A program made the translations under genes and the position numbers. Under the pieces are notes generated by a model, which saw only the letters and a list, made by a program, of their open reading frames with translations, searched no databases and was not told where the DNA came from. Shown here piece after piece: positions 39,676 through 52,547 of a stretch of 64,000 nucleotides of DNA (the first letter of the stretch is position 1; each line of letters starts with the position of its first letter). This stretch comes from Octopus sinensis (lineage: Eukaryota): NCBI RefSeq assembly GCF_006345805.1, contig NC_042997.1:132928001-132992000 (forward strand), given 5' to 3'.

Positions 39676-40560
39676 TAATTAATAATATCGGGGTAATAAA
39701 GATTTTAGAAATTTTTACTACCACTGGCCTAGCGTATAGAAAAATTAGTCGATAGACTATATATTATTCATATAAAATACAATGTACATTTAAACACATT
39801 AAGAGGTATCCATCAAAGGAATCCCTTATGCTAGAAGGAACAGCTAAAGTTCAAACCACTAATTAGGGATAAAATCTCGAAGGGAATGAAAAATAAAAAT
39901 ATTTGCCATCTATTTCCTGGATAGTTTCTGAGGTTTTTTTAGCAAATAAAATAATTTTCCAGGCGAAGTCTTCGTCAACAGATACGCCAAGATTAAACAT
40001 ATAAGTACGAGGCGTATCCAGCATGTGCCTCTTGCTTGCACATTTTAAATTTTCAAATCCACCGCGCAAGCGCAGTTTTTTGTCGGCAGCAAAAAAAGAA
40101 AAAAAAATGCCGGCAATTTCTTCGAACGATTTTCCAGAAATCATTATACATAATTAATTATATCAGGGTAATAAAGATTTTGGAAATTTTTACTACCAGT
40201 GGCTTAGCGTATAGAAAAATTAGTCAACAGACTATATATTATTCATATAAAATACAGTGTACATTTAAACACATTCAGCGGTATCCATCATAGGACTCCC
40301 TTACGCTAGAAGGAACAGCTAAAGTTCAAGCTACTAATTAGGGATAAAATCTCGAAGGGATTCCTTCTAGCGTAAGCGAGTCCTATGATGGATAGCTCTT
40401 AGTGTGTTTAAATGTACACTGTATTTTATACCAGTGGCCTAGCATTTATAAAAAGTCAATAGACAACATATTCTTAATATAAAGTAGAGTACATTAAAAC
40501 ACAAAAGAAACTGCCTTCAACAAGCAGTTTTACACGCTAGAAGAAGTAGTCAAAACGACC
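39675..40560. repeat. 475-bp unit in ~1.45 tandem copies, then an inverted 70-bp piece (40361-40430) and a diverged third partial copy
   Basis: ataattaa.atatc.gggtaataaag at 39675 and 40150; 40361-40430 is the reverse complement of ~40248-40317. Confidence 0.8.
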
Positions 40561-40596
40561 AAAACCACATTTAAGAGCTAAATTGCTCTTAAATAT

Positions 40597-40632
<36 letters not shown>

Positions 40633-40741
40633 GTTCGGGGTGAGTACTTGATAATTATAAGCACCTGTGTATACCGTTTGGTGGTGTAGGTGGTGGAGTA
40701 AATTGATCAAAATAAAATAAAAACATGATGCGAAGGATTCA

Positions 40742-40819
40742 GCGGTACATATGTTTCGGGCCTTTATTAGACAGATTTATAACAATGCATAATGTATGTC
40801 TGTGGCCTTCTTCAGCCGC
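40742..40819 (-). ncRNA. Type-I hammerhead ribozyme in the inverted pseudo-LTR
   Basis: Reverse complement of 45574-45651. Confidence 0.8.
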
Positions 40820-41430
40820 GCACAACAGCTTCCACAAGGACATGTGTTACATCAAAAATTCTTGGTTGGGGATGCAAATCCTCTCATTCACGTACGACAT
40901 AATGCGGCAGCAGCATAGAGTTGAAGCGTCCATCTCTTTCTTCTCTCAATGTGGAATGAGGAAAATTGGATGTTGAGGTAATGTAAATAAATAAATACAT
41001 ATATAGAGGTGAAGATGGAGGGGCGAGAGTTCGGGACGAGGGATAAAAAATGTATAAAAAGTGTAAGTATAGAATAATATAAAAATGTAGAGGATAAGGG
41101 TTGTAAGTAGATGTAAAGGGGGTATAAAGAATATAAAGTAAAAATAGAAATAGAAATAAAAGTAAAAAAACCTGATAAAAACATGATAAAAGTGTAAAAG
41201 AATGTAAAGATAAGGGATGTATAGAGGTTATGGACCAAGCATGGTGGTCAGGAGATTGATAAAATTTAGTTGTAGAATTGTCAGTACATCAACAGTTTCG
41301 TCTGGGGACTTAATGCGTTGTAAATCAGAGCTGATAAGCATTTAATCTGGTTCCTTGAATTAAATGGACTTCTAGTACATACATATCATCATGGATATAT
41401 ACACCCACATACACGCGTACATATACGCCT

Positions 41431-43673
41431 CCAAACATCAACATTAGTAAACATAAGACCATTTCCAACACCCACTTAAGGAGCCTTAAAGATTTCCTGC
41501 TTTCACTTAGGAACGATGATAGTCTTATCATACCCGCCGACAAGACTGGGAACTGGTATAGGCTAGACTACCAAACCTACAAATCGCTCATCATGAGGGA
41601 ACTTAGCAAAAAGTATAAAACTACTTCTACGGATAACCTTAAGGAAATTAACTACAAAATCAAGGACGTTATGAGCAAATTAGACCTCCTGGACAGAACA
41701 GAACCTATTAAACCACAAGTACCCAAAATTACTATTAAAGACCATAAGAAAGACTTCCCAGATAGTGTAGGAGTACGATTAATCTGTCCGACTAAATCGG
41801 ATATCGGCAGACTTAGCAAGACCATCCTGGACAGGGTGATCCCACACATCAAACCCCACATCCCACTCCAACTATGGATTAACACCAATGATGTGCTAGA
41901 ATGGTTTAACACTATCACCAATAGGCCCGACTACTCATTCATCCAATTCGACATAGCTAGCTACTACGCCAGTATATCCCCCATCTTACTTAACAAATCC
42001 CTTATTTTTGCCCGCAACCTTTCACTCATAGACAGAGAAAAAATGACATAATTCTATTAGCTAGAAAAACCATAATAGAATTCGACGGTAGACTCTGGAC
42101 CAGATCCGATACCCCCGACAATTTCGATGTGGCTATGGGCTCGAGCGATTCAGCTCAGGTGACTGACTTGGTCGGGGCCTACCTGCTCAAGAAGCTTTTC
42201 TCCGAGGTACCGGATCTTCAGGGGGGTCTATACAGAGACGACGCTCTCTTCATATACCCCACCAACAATAGGAGTAAACTAGAAAGAATTAGGAAAAAGA
42301 TCAGGCTTTTTTTCAAATCCTTCAATCTTAAACTAGAATTTATGACCAATACTAAAATAGTAAACTTCTTAGATGTTACGTTAGATTTGAATAAGCACCT
42401 TCACTACCCGTATAGGAAACCAGAAGAAACTACCAAATACATCCATACCTCTTCCAACCATCCACCCTGTATAATTAGCACCACGGTCCAAGCCATCTCA
42501 GACAGACTGACAAAACTATCCTCTAATAGAGAAATTTTCAATAATCATGCACAACACTACAACCAGGCTCTCTATAGTGCCGGGTATAACCAGAGAATAT
42601 CATATGTAGACCACCCGGGAGCGTCCGTCGGCCATAAGACTCCCAATTATAATCGAACTCAGCACTCAACTCACACTAGCGATAATTCTAATTTAAACTC
42701 CAAACAACGTATAGGAAATAGGCGAACTAATAGAACAGCACACAATAGTAACCCTCCCGACGAGAGCAATATAGATCCTATTAGGAGAAATAGAAGGGAT
42801 AATAGTAGATTACGCAAATATATATGGTTCAACATACCTTTCAACTTAGCAGTTAGGGGTAAGTTATGTAAGAGAATATTCTCTATAATTTCCAACAACT
42901 TCCCACCCACCCACAAGTATAGAAGTATCTTCTCCAACAAAACTATTAGGATTTCCTACTCTACCCTGCCCAACATGAGCTGCCTCATAGCTAAACATAA
43001 CTATATTAATATTAGAACAGCTAGATCAAGAGCAAACCATAGCGACCAACAGAACCCCCCTCATCCAGACAGTAGACAATATAACCAGACTGGCAGCCAT
43101 ACTACCCAAACAGTTAGTAATAACACCCGCCAACACAACAGAGGAAATACTACACCCATCAACAACCAGGAGGATACCAACGCCCCCACTCGTATTGCAA
43201 CACCTCCGCCTGGGATTAGCAGCACACGACCGAACAATGCAATGCAATGCAACTGCAGATGTGCATCAGAGTGCCCGCTGCAGGGCGCATGTAGGGCGAA
43301 AAACGTAATATACTCATGTGAGGTGAGTACTCAGTTTAACACACTCACCTATATTGGTTGCTCAACCTCCTGGAAATCCAGATACTACAACCACCGGTCC
43401 TCGCTGAGACACAGACATAAGGCTAACAGCACCTCCCTCTCTAAAAGAATTTGGGAATTAAAAGACAAATGCATAGGCTTCAAACTCAGATGGTCCATCA
43501 TCGGATCAGCTGCACCTTATTTAAATAATAGAGCAGGATGCGAACTATGCTGTGTAGAACTCCTTAACATCTTGAAATTCAAAGACAAACACAATCTTAT
43601 TAACAAAAGGTCAGAGTTCAAACCATCCTGTATACATAAACTTATTAATACTTTCAAATACTACAATGCTTAG
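41431..43673 (+). CDS. PLE polyprotein: reverse transcriptase plus C-terminal GIY-YIG endonuclease; 5'-truncated, one frameshift in the A-run at ~42037-42043
   Basis: IIPADKTGN, FIQFDIASYYASI, AMGSSDSAQ, LYRDD, VNFLDVTL, YRKP, CNCRCASECPLQGAC, NVIY...TYIG, RYYNH, CELCCVE, NKRSE. Confidence 0.88.
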
Positions 43674-45573
43674 GTCTTATACCAACTCCCCCATGCAATT
43701 TCCTCCCACCCGGTGCAACCTGTCGGCTCCAGCACATCCCGCTTTCCTATATGTGCGTGTATATGTGTATGTGTGTGTGTGTGCGTATGTATGTGCACAT
43801 ACGTGTACATATACATATATATGTACATGTGCGTGTGTGTGTGTGTGTGGGTGTGTGTACGTGCATATAGGGTTCCCTGAATTTTCCCCCTATATATACA
43901 AATTTTGTCTCCCATATATGACTTCTTTTCCCTAAATATTTCTTCTCCTACACCCATATCCTCCCTATGTAGTCTCTTTAATCCCCTATATCTATACCCT
44001 TTCACATTTCTAACTCAGATGTTGAACGCACACCGCCAAACTCCACTTCCCACCCTTCCAATTTTCAGTTCCCCCCGCCCGCCCCTACGTTTAACACACA
44101 CCTCTAACTTCCAACCACCTTCATCTCATGTTAAACTTTACAAAATTATATTTTTATCTTATTTTATTTTATTTTTATTTTTACTTTTATTTTTACTTTT
44201 ATCCTACTTCCATTTACTTTTATTTTTATTTTTAATTTTATTTTTACTTTTATCCTACTTCCATTTACTTTTATTTTATTTTTAATTTTATTTTTACTTT
44301 TATTCTACTTCCATTTATTCTCATTTTCATTTTCATCCCTTACCTTAACTCTTATAATTTTTATAATTCTTATACTTCATTTCTAACTATTACATTGTAT
44401 TTCTTATTTTATACTGTATTTTTTATTTCTAATCTTTACCCTTACCCTCATTCTTACCCCTAACTTATCGCTTTACACCTCTATATATGTTTATTTACTT
44501 ACCTATGGATCCACCTTTTGAATATACGAGCGTCCGCGTACGTGTGTATACGCATACATACATATGCACGCGCATATATGTACATGCATACTTCGATATC
44601 TTATAGCTATACCCATGTGCGCGTGTGTCTCTGTGTGTGTATATGAGTGTATATGTGCACGCACATACGGACACACAGCCGTGTGTGCGTGCGCGTATTG
44701 ACATGAGTACGGGATTCTTTACATACGTTCTTATACACATCCTTTAATATCTTATACCTGGACCTAGAGGCGTGGGCATATACGTGTGTGTATGTAGTGA
44801 TGGGCGCGCGTATATGCATGTGAGCGTGTACGCGCGTAATGTCCGTGTATATATGCGGATATTCTGTTGTATGTGTGTGTGTGTGCGCGCGTGCGTGTGG
44901 GTGCGTGTGTGTTTATGTACGTGTCTACACGCGAGTGCGTGTGTATGCTTATAGGCTTGGAGGCGTATATGTACGCGTGTATGTGGGTGTATATATCCAT
45001 GATGATATGTATGTACTAGAAGTCCATTTAATTCAAGGAACCAGATTAAATGCTCATCAGCTCTGATTTACAACGCATTAAGTCCCCAGACGAAACTGTT
45101 GATGTACTGACAATTCTACAACTAAATTTTATCAATCTCCTGACCACCATGCTTGGTCCATAACCTCTATACATCCCTTATCTTTACATTCTTTTACACT
45201 TTTATCATGTTTTTATCAGGTTTTTTTACTTTTATTTCTATTTCTATTTTTACTTTATATTTCTTTATACCCCCTTTACATCTACTTACAACCCTTTATC
45301 CTCTACATTTTTATATTATTCTATACTTACACTTTTTATACATTTTTTATCCCTCGTCCCGAACTCTCGCCCCTCCATCTTCACCTCTATATATGTATTT
45401 ATTTATTTACATTACCTCAACATCCAATTTTCCTCATTCCACATTGAGAGAAGAAAGAGATGGACGCTTCAACTCTATGCTGCTGCCGCATTATGTCGTA
45501 CGTGAATGAGAGGATTTGCATCCCCAACCAAGAATTTTTGATGTAACACATGTCCTTGTGGAAGCTGTTGTGC

Positions 45574-45651
45574 GCGGCTGAAGAAGGCCACAGACATACA
45601 TTATGCATTGTTATAAATCTGTCTAATAAAGGCCCGAAACATATGTACCGC
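45574..45651 (+). ncRNA. Type-I hammerhead ribozyme in the 3' pseudo-LTR, canonical core, GUA site
   Basis: gcgg CTGAAGA a ggcc...agaca...tgtct...ggcc c GAAA catatg TA ccgc. Confidence 0.85.
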
Positions 45652-46038
45652 TGAATCCTTCGCATCATGTTTTTATTTTATTTTGATCAATTTATATATA
45701 TATATATATATAAACACTTACATGATGCAAAGGAAAACTTTATGATATTCTGTGAGTAATAGAACAAACACGACTTTAAACGATCAACCTAGATGTCTTA
45801 ATATTCAAATGCTAAAACCAGCGATTTTGGTGGTGTCAAATTTTTTTATTTTTGAGCTAACGCCCGCAACGGGCAATCAGTACATGTCAACAGCAAACGA
45901 TATTCATCTCATGCTGGTTAGAATTAATTGGTAGCAACCGAATATTTCAAAATGCAACTTCATGTAGTGACTAAAAGCAGGCAGAGACGAGGAAATAGGG
46001 ATTTAATGTGCACCTATGATATGTGTATATGTATATGA

Positions 46039-46086
<48 letters not shown>

Positions 46087-46756
46087 ATGTGTATAAAGGG
46101 TCTGTATAAATTCATATGAGCTATACGCACTCGCACGCTTGTATGTGTGTGGGTGTGTCTGTGTGTGGGTGTGTCTGTGTGTGTTAAAATCTAATTCTGC
46201 ATCAGTCGCTACACGTACATTCTCTTCCATGAATTGCAGGTATCTGATGATCAGGAGTGAGAAAGAAACTTTTATGCATATAAATACAAATCGCTTATTG
46301 GCAGGAACTGTTTGGCATGTAAGAATGTATCGAAAAAAAAAAACATAGAAAGGTTTACAAAAAAATATAAAAAGAAACAGTTATCGGTAAATATATATCT
46401 TCTCACATGAATTCATATGAAGCCCTATGTTTTCAGGCAGACTGGTTTTTTTCTGTAGGAGACTCCAGTCATAAATTTGGGGGAATTTCTTTAATAGGTA
46501 CACGGCTGTGTACCTATGAAACCCTCTCTGCTACTATGTGGTTTCAGGTTCAGTCCCACTGCGTGGTGTCTTACGTAAGTGTCTCTATAGCTCCGGGTTG
46601 AACAATGCCTTGTATCTGAGTTTGGTAGACGGAAACTCTGTGGAAGCGCGTCCTGTATATGTATGTATGCCTTCTACCATAAACTCGGGTTGACCGAAGA
46701 CTTTTAAGTGAATTTGGTACTCGGAAACTAAAAGAAGCCCGTCGTGTTTATATATA

Positions 46757-47465
46757 TACATGGACTGCTCAGTAAGTATCCGGACTGTTGCCATAGTAAC
46801 GAAGCTCAAGCACGCAGAGTGGAGACGCTTAGCACAGATTAACCTTGAACAACTCTGTGCAGGGTTACTAACTTTTAACGTTCTAGCTCACTTCCGCTGT
46901 TTACAGTAGTGCTTGGCAAGAAGGAGTGTAGCGTGTGATCGTATCATTGACCATGAATATGTATGAAATTTTGCCAAAAGCTTGCTCAGAGGCCTACACT
47001 AAGTTGCATAAATTATATGGAGAGGAGTGTATCAGCCGAAAAATGTCAATAGTGACGAACGTTCTGGGAGACCTGCAACCAACAGAGCTGAGAAAAACAT
47101 CGCAGATGTGCGTGCTGCTGTGAGGGGAAATCGTCGAATCACCATCCATGAGATATCAGAGGATATGCAGATTAGTTACGATCCAGTTCAGTCCATTATC
47201 AATGAACATTTGGGTATAAGGCGCATGTGTACCAAGATTGTGACCAAACGGCTTTAAGGTGATAACGCACCTGCCCATTCAGCGCAGTTTGTGCCGCAGT
47301 TTTTGGCTAGGTACGGCGTTCCTCAGGTCCGACCGTCACCGTATTCCCTAGGTCTCGCCCTTTGCCACATTTTCCCTTTTTTAAAAATTAAATCCCGCTT
47401 GAAAGAAAGAAGACTTCAGTACGTCGAGGAAATCAAAGTGAATGTGACGAGGCAGCTGCTGATTA
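46757..47465 (+). mobile_element. Internally deleted mariner relic
   Basis: DERSGRPAT...RRITIHEIS...HLGIRRMCTKIVTKRL fused directly to DNAPAHSA...PYSLGLALCHIFPFLKIKSRLK; the first catalytic segment is missing. Confidence 0.75.
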
Positions 47466-48618
47466 TCTAATTCCATTATAAATGGAACAAAAATGCAATA
47501 GTGGGCATTAAAACGTTCGGACAGATAGACGATACAAAGGCAGACAAGGGAAATAACAATTAGAAGGACAGGTAAAAAAAAAAAAATGACGGGTTATTCT
47601 TGGCTTTCTTTCATCAGTCAAGTTCCAGAAGTCACGACCATTTCGGGCAGTTAGACTTGAGATGGTTCGATCTGGTTGCCCCCTAAAAAGTTTAAGCTAA
47701 GTGCATTAGACCCCTTTGTAAGAAAGCTAGCGAATGTGTACGGCAACAAAGACGAAAGAAAAACAAATAAACAAAAGAGAAAGAAGAAAAAAAAACAGAA
47801 ATAAACAAGGAGAGAAAATAGAAAATGTATAGTGGCTAGCGATCTATCATGGAGTATGCCGGACAGAGGGGTAAACAAAGAGAAAGGGGAAGAAAGGGAG
47901 AAGAGAAGACAAAAGGGGAAAAAGAAAGGGAGGGAGAGAGAGGCATGGTAACGACACATTAAGGAGCGTTTTTATGAGTACTACCTGAATACTTGAATCC
48001 ATATGTTGGGACTTAAATCCATATGTATTGGCAACCTCAATCAGACACTGGATTGTTGACATTCCCACAACCTTCGCCAAAAGAGGATATAAATACTAGC
48101 CTTAAATTAAGTACCAGGATCGATTTCGATTAATCCTTCCAGGTGATGCTACAGCATGGTCGCAGTCTAATGATTCAAACAAGTAAAATGCTAAGCAGGT
48201 GTGTCTACTTTTCCCATGTTTCAGTAAAATAATGTTCTATTATCTCTCAAGTATGGGATTAACTAAATATCAATACAAGTCAGTTAGTATAATTCAACGC
48301 CAAAAAGAAAAAGAGAAAAAGAAATCTCATGCACACACACACATGCACACAAACACACATGCACATACACACACTCTGTAAAGTGACAAGCGACACCCTT
48401 GAGAAGAAAACTGGTGAATCGTCTTCACTTAGAGATATTTGAGTGCAAAACCATTCCGATGGCCACTTACATGACACTCAAGGAGAACTCTGGTTGAGTA
48501 TATCTTAAATATATATATACATAATACGGTTTAATACTGAGTACACATAAACATGCGCACGCATGCGCCCATGCAAATATGTGCATGTATATATGCATAT
48601 ATATGAGTCTTTGTATAT

Positions 48619-48707
<89 letters not shown>

Positions 48708-48749
48708 AGAGAGAGAGAGAGAGAGAGAGAATGGGAGACACAGAGAGAT

Positions 48750-48808
<59 letters not shown>

Positions 48809-49429
48809 TAGATAGACAGATAGATAAGAAGCAAAATGGGATTAACAAATCCAGTTAGAGACCATTAAAATACTCAGATTTAAACGAATTTGGCTAACTA
48901 TATGCAACAATCAGATACCAATAAATGCAAGTAGAATACACATACAAAGAAATTCCTCGTGTATGACAAGTAGATCCAAACATCGTTTAGAAGAAGTGTG
49001 AAAAAGTCTGAGTATTAGACAAAAATAAAAAAATAAAGATACGTAGAGAGAAATCACATCATTAATTGTAGAATTTACCTTACAAAGCTGACAATTATTT
49101 TTACTGTATTAGCACATTTAGATATAGGAAATATTGAAATTAATATTTCTCCAAATACAAGTTAACACAACGTTTCCAAGGCGATCCAAAATTAGTTAAA
49201 TTCAAAGTGAACTGTGGAAATATTTCCAGTACACGAGCGCCTGCAAAAAGACCGCTAAACAGAAATATAATCTAAAAAAATAAAAAGCTATATTTTTGTA
49301 TTCAACTATTGGTCACGTCAATAACTCTTCCTTTCCTTCTATGCTTCTGTCACGTTCTTCTGCCTTTTCACTTTGATCTGTGAGCCTACTGTGGTCTCCC
49401 CATACAAGACAAAACATCTCCAGGATTGA

Positions 49430-49940
49430 GTCACCCCAGAGGGCACTCAGTAAACGAATTGAAGGCATGGCTGCTCTCGATTATTGGGATCGCCTTAAAG
49501 CCTTGAAACTTTACTCCCTCCAGCGTCGCCGTGAGCGGTACATCTTTTGTACAATGTGAAGAATATACCGCCAACTTTGCCCAAACGACCTTAACATTAG
49601 CTTCAAGGTTCATCCAAGACTGGGACCACGGGCCATACGTCCCCTGCCCAATTCAAGATCACAACATATATGCACACTGCAACATAATTTCTTTTCCTCA
49701 ACAGGCCCTGCCCTATTTAACATTATCCCGAGGGAGATCAAGGAGGAAAAGGATCCCATCAACTTTAAACGAAGTCTGGATAGATTCCTTCAAAGAATAC
49801 TAGATAAGCCACCTATAATTGGATACAACTCACCCAACAAGAACTCACTACTTGAACAAAACTTGACTTAAACAGGATTCGAATAATCCTATCAGGTGGT
49901 GCTATTAAGTTAGACATGGCCTGGACCAATCGAAACATAT
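49430..49940 (+). mobile_element. CR1/L2-like LINE 3' fragment
   Basis: RIEGMAALDYWDRLKALKLYSLQRRRERYI and FNIIPREIKEEKDPINFKRSLDRFL; short tandem tail (taagttatc)x2. Confidence 0.75.
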
Positions 49941-50451
49941 CTAAGTTATCTAAGTTATCTCTCTGCTTCTATCACTTTTTCCCCTCCTATTGGTCATCGT
50001 CTTAACTTCTTCCTTTTGACGTCGACTGCCGGAGTAAGCGGTCGCATTTTCTCTCGTTCACCTTTCGCTGCCTCTGTTAATCCTTTAGAATATTCTCCCG
50101 GCGTTGACTGTTTAAGATTCCTGCCTGACCCTAAGGCCTTATTTTCTTTATCTATTTCAGTACATTCGTATACCCACAGTCGTCCTCTTTGTTTTCGTCT
50201 CTGTCCCTCGTTCTTCCACTAATTGTCACAACAGTTATACGTTAATTTTCTGTGTCGCATAATTGTTTATTTCTTTTCTGTTTGTTCATTTTCTACCTTG
50301 CTTTGGTTTACCAAATCCCAGCAGCGTTCCAACAAGAGAGGATTCAATATTATCGTTAAGGAATGAAATTACGTTTGGTGATCATCTGTGTTTTTTTTCC
50401 TGTTTGTTTGTGCATTCCTCATGTTTTTTAACTTATATCTATTCTTTCTTT

Positions 50452-50667
50452 TCTTTCTTTTAATTGTTTCAGTCATATGACTACGGCTATGCTGGAGCAC
50501 CGCCTTTAGTCGAGCAATTCGACCCCAGAGCTTATTTTTAGCAAGCGTAGTACTTATTCTATCGGTCTCTTTAGCCGAACCGCTAAGTTACAGAGACGTA
50601 GACACACCAGTGTCAAGTGATGGGGGGGGGGAAACACAGACACACCAAACATATAAACACACATACC

Positions 50668-50724
<57 letters not shown>

Positions 50725-50884
50725 TATATACGACGGACTTCTTTCAGTTTCCGTCTCCCAAATCCACTCACAAGGCTTTGGTCGACCCGAGGCTATAGTA
50801 GAAGACACTTGCCCAAGGTGTCACGCAGTGGGACGGAACCCAGGACCATTTGGTTGGTAAGCAAGCCACTTTACCACACAACCA
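50452..50884 (-). mobile_element. CORE-like tRNA SINE, full length
   Basis: Reverse complement of 12445-12903. Confidence 0.85.
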
Positions 50885-50998
50885 CTCAAAAACATAATAA
50901 ATGTATATATATATATATGTTCAAATGCATATATTCACATATACTGATATTCAAATGTATACATACATACGTATGTATGTATTATGTATGTATGTATG

Positions 50999-51111
<113 letters not shown>

Positions 51112-51227
51112 TATATATATATATATATAACGGGAAGCTTTATGAAAATAAACAAAAGACGAAGGCAGGTGGAAAACAAACGAACAATTGTATTAGTATG
51201 GCGCTCAGGAAATATAAATAAAACAAG

Positions 51228-51265
51228 TCTTTAACGTTTCGAGCCTACGCTCTTCAACAGAAAGA
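51228..51265 (-). ncRNA. Minimal hammerhead-like motif with CUGUUGA core
   Basis: tcttt CTGTTGA a gag cgtagg ctc GAA acgt T aaaga. Confidence 0.6.
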
Positions 51266-51429
51266 TACACAGAGAGAGAAAAACACAGAAAGAAGGAGAG
51301 AAAAAAAATGCGTGCAGTAGCTAACGAATCAACATGGCGATCTGATTTCGGCCAGAGGTCAAAGATCAAACATGAGACGCGAGAGCGAAATAAGGGGAGA
51401 TAATAGGGTTGATAAATGGGTTGAGGGAC

Positions 51430-51770
51430 CAGCTAAAAGTGCGTGGGAGGGGTCTGGATGTGTGTATGTATAGGGTTGGTGTATGTATTAGTATGTATAA
51501 GGGTGTGTGTGTGTGTGTATGAGAGAGTATTAGTGCGTAAGATTGGTCTGGACGTGCGTATGTATGGGGTTGGTGTATGTATTAGTATGTATTAGTATGT
51601 ATTAGTACGTATTGGTATGTATAGGTGTGTGGTGTGTGTGTGAGAGAGAGTATAAGTGCGTATGCGGGGTCTGGACGTGTGTATGTATAGGGTTGGTGTA
51701 AGTATTAGTATGTATTAGTATGTATTAGTACGTATTAGTATGTATTAGTTGTGTGTGTATTAGTATGGCA
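51430..51770. repeat. Three ~110-bp minisatellite units inside the PLE UTR
   Basis: ggtctgga.gtg.gtatgtat.gggttggtgta.gtattagtatg repeated at ~51431, ~51544 and ~51668. Confidence 0.8.
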
Positions 51771-52509
51771 CATCATATGTGATGTGATGTGTAAAGTCAT
51801 GTGGTGTAGTGAGGAGAAGAGGGGGAGGGGGAGAAGAGGGGGAGAGAAGGGGAGGGGAAGAAGAGGGGGAGGAGAAGGGGGAATAGGAGACGATGGGGGA
51901 GAAGGAAGGTGAGGAGGGGGATGAAGGAGGAAAGAGGGAGAGGGGGAGAGAGAGAAGGGGAGAGAGGGAGTGAGGGAGCAGAGGGAAGGGGAAGAGGGAG
52001 GAGAAAGAGGGAAGAAGGGAAGGGGAGTAGGGGTGAAAGGATGAAGGACTGAAGAAGTAGGGGTCGGGGGGAGAAAGGATAGGTGAGGAGGGAGAGGGGG
52101 TTAGATGAGGAGGGGGGAGAGTTGAGACCAAATGGCGTATAAGAGCGAAGAGAGAAGATAATTCCTGTTCACGGCGCAAACGGGAATCCGGATGGCCTCT
52201 GTGTAAGGACAAACCGAACACAGATAGGTGTTGCAAGAAGTGACCGGTGGAGCGGAAATGGCGTGAGACCGGTGTGTCGTTCGCAAGGTGGATGTCACGA
52301 AGGTGTTCCGCGAACCGGTCAGCCAAGCGGCGTCCCGTTTGTCCGATGTACAAGGAATTGCAGAGAGAGCAAGAGATGCAATAGATAATATTGCTGGAGG
52401 TGCAGGTGAAGGAGTGGATGATGGGATAGGGTCGATGGTGGGTGCTAGTGAGGCGGGTGGTGTTGGAGAGGTAAGGGCAAGTGCGGCAACGTGGGCGGGA
52501 GCAGGGGAA

Positions 52510-52547
<38 letters not shown>

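Larger units (their letters stand above)
40630..45694 (+). mobile_element. Penelope-like retroelement, 5'-truncated, with an inverted upstream pseudo-LTR (40699-41434) and a 3' pseudo-LTR (44958-45694)
   Basis: The two ~737-bp copies are reverse complements; I noticed one substitution and one 1-bp indel. RT+GIY-YIG ORF lies between them; both outer ends abut (TA)n. Confidence 0.92.
51130..52510 (-). mobile_element. 5'-truncated Neptune-type Penelope-like element: GIY-YIG domain, pyrimidine-rich UTR, minisatellite and terminal HHR-like motif
   Basis: CSRPRCRTC linker; NIIYCISCSLCNSLYIGQTGRRLADRFAEH...PVSRHF...REQEL, then with one frameshift IFSLRSYTPFGLN. Both ends in (TA)n. Confidence 0.88.

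Noticed and set aside
39930-40000. Minus-strand TTGACGA/CTGTTGA...GAAA in the 475-bp unit as a hammerhead
   Set aside because: Stem I and the NUH site cannot be placed consistently.
47570-48080. Possible PLE remnant with minus-strand CTGATGA (47611-47617) and gggca/tgccc-GAAA
   Set aside because: The core halves are in the wrong order with no matching stem I; protein similarity is too faint.
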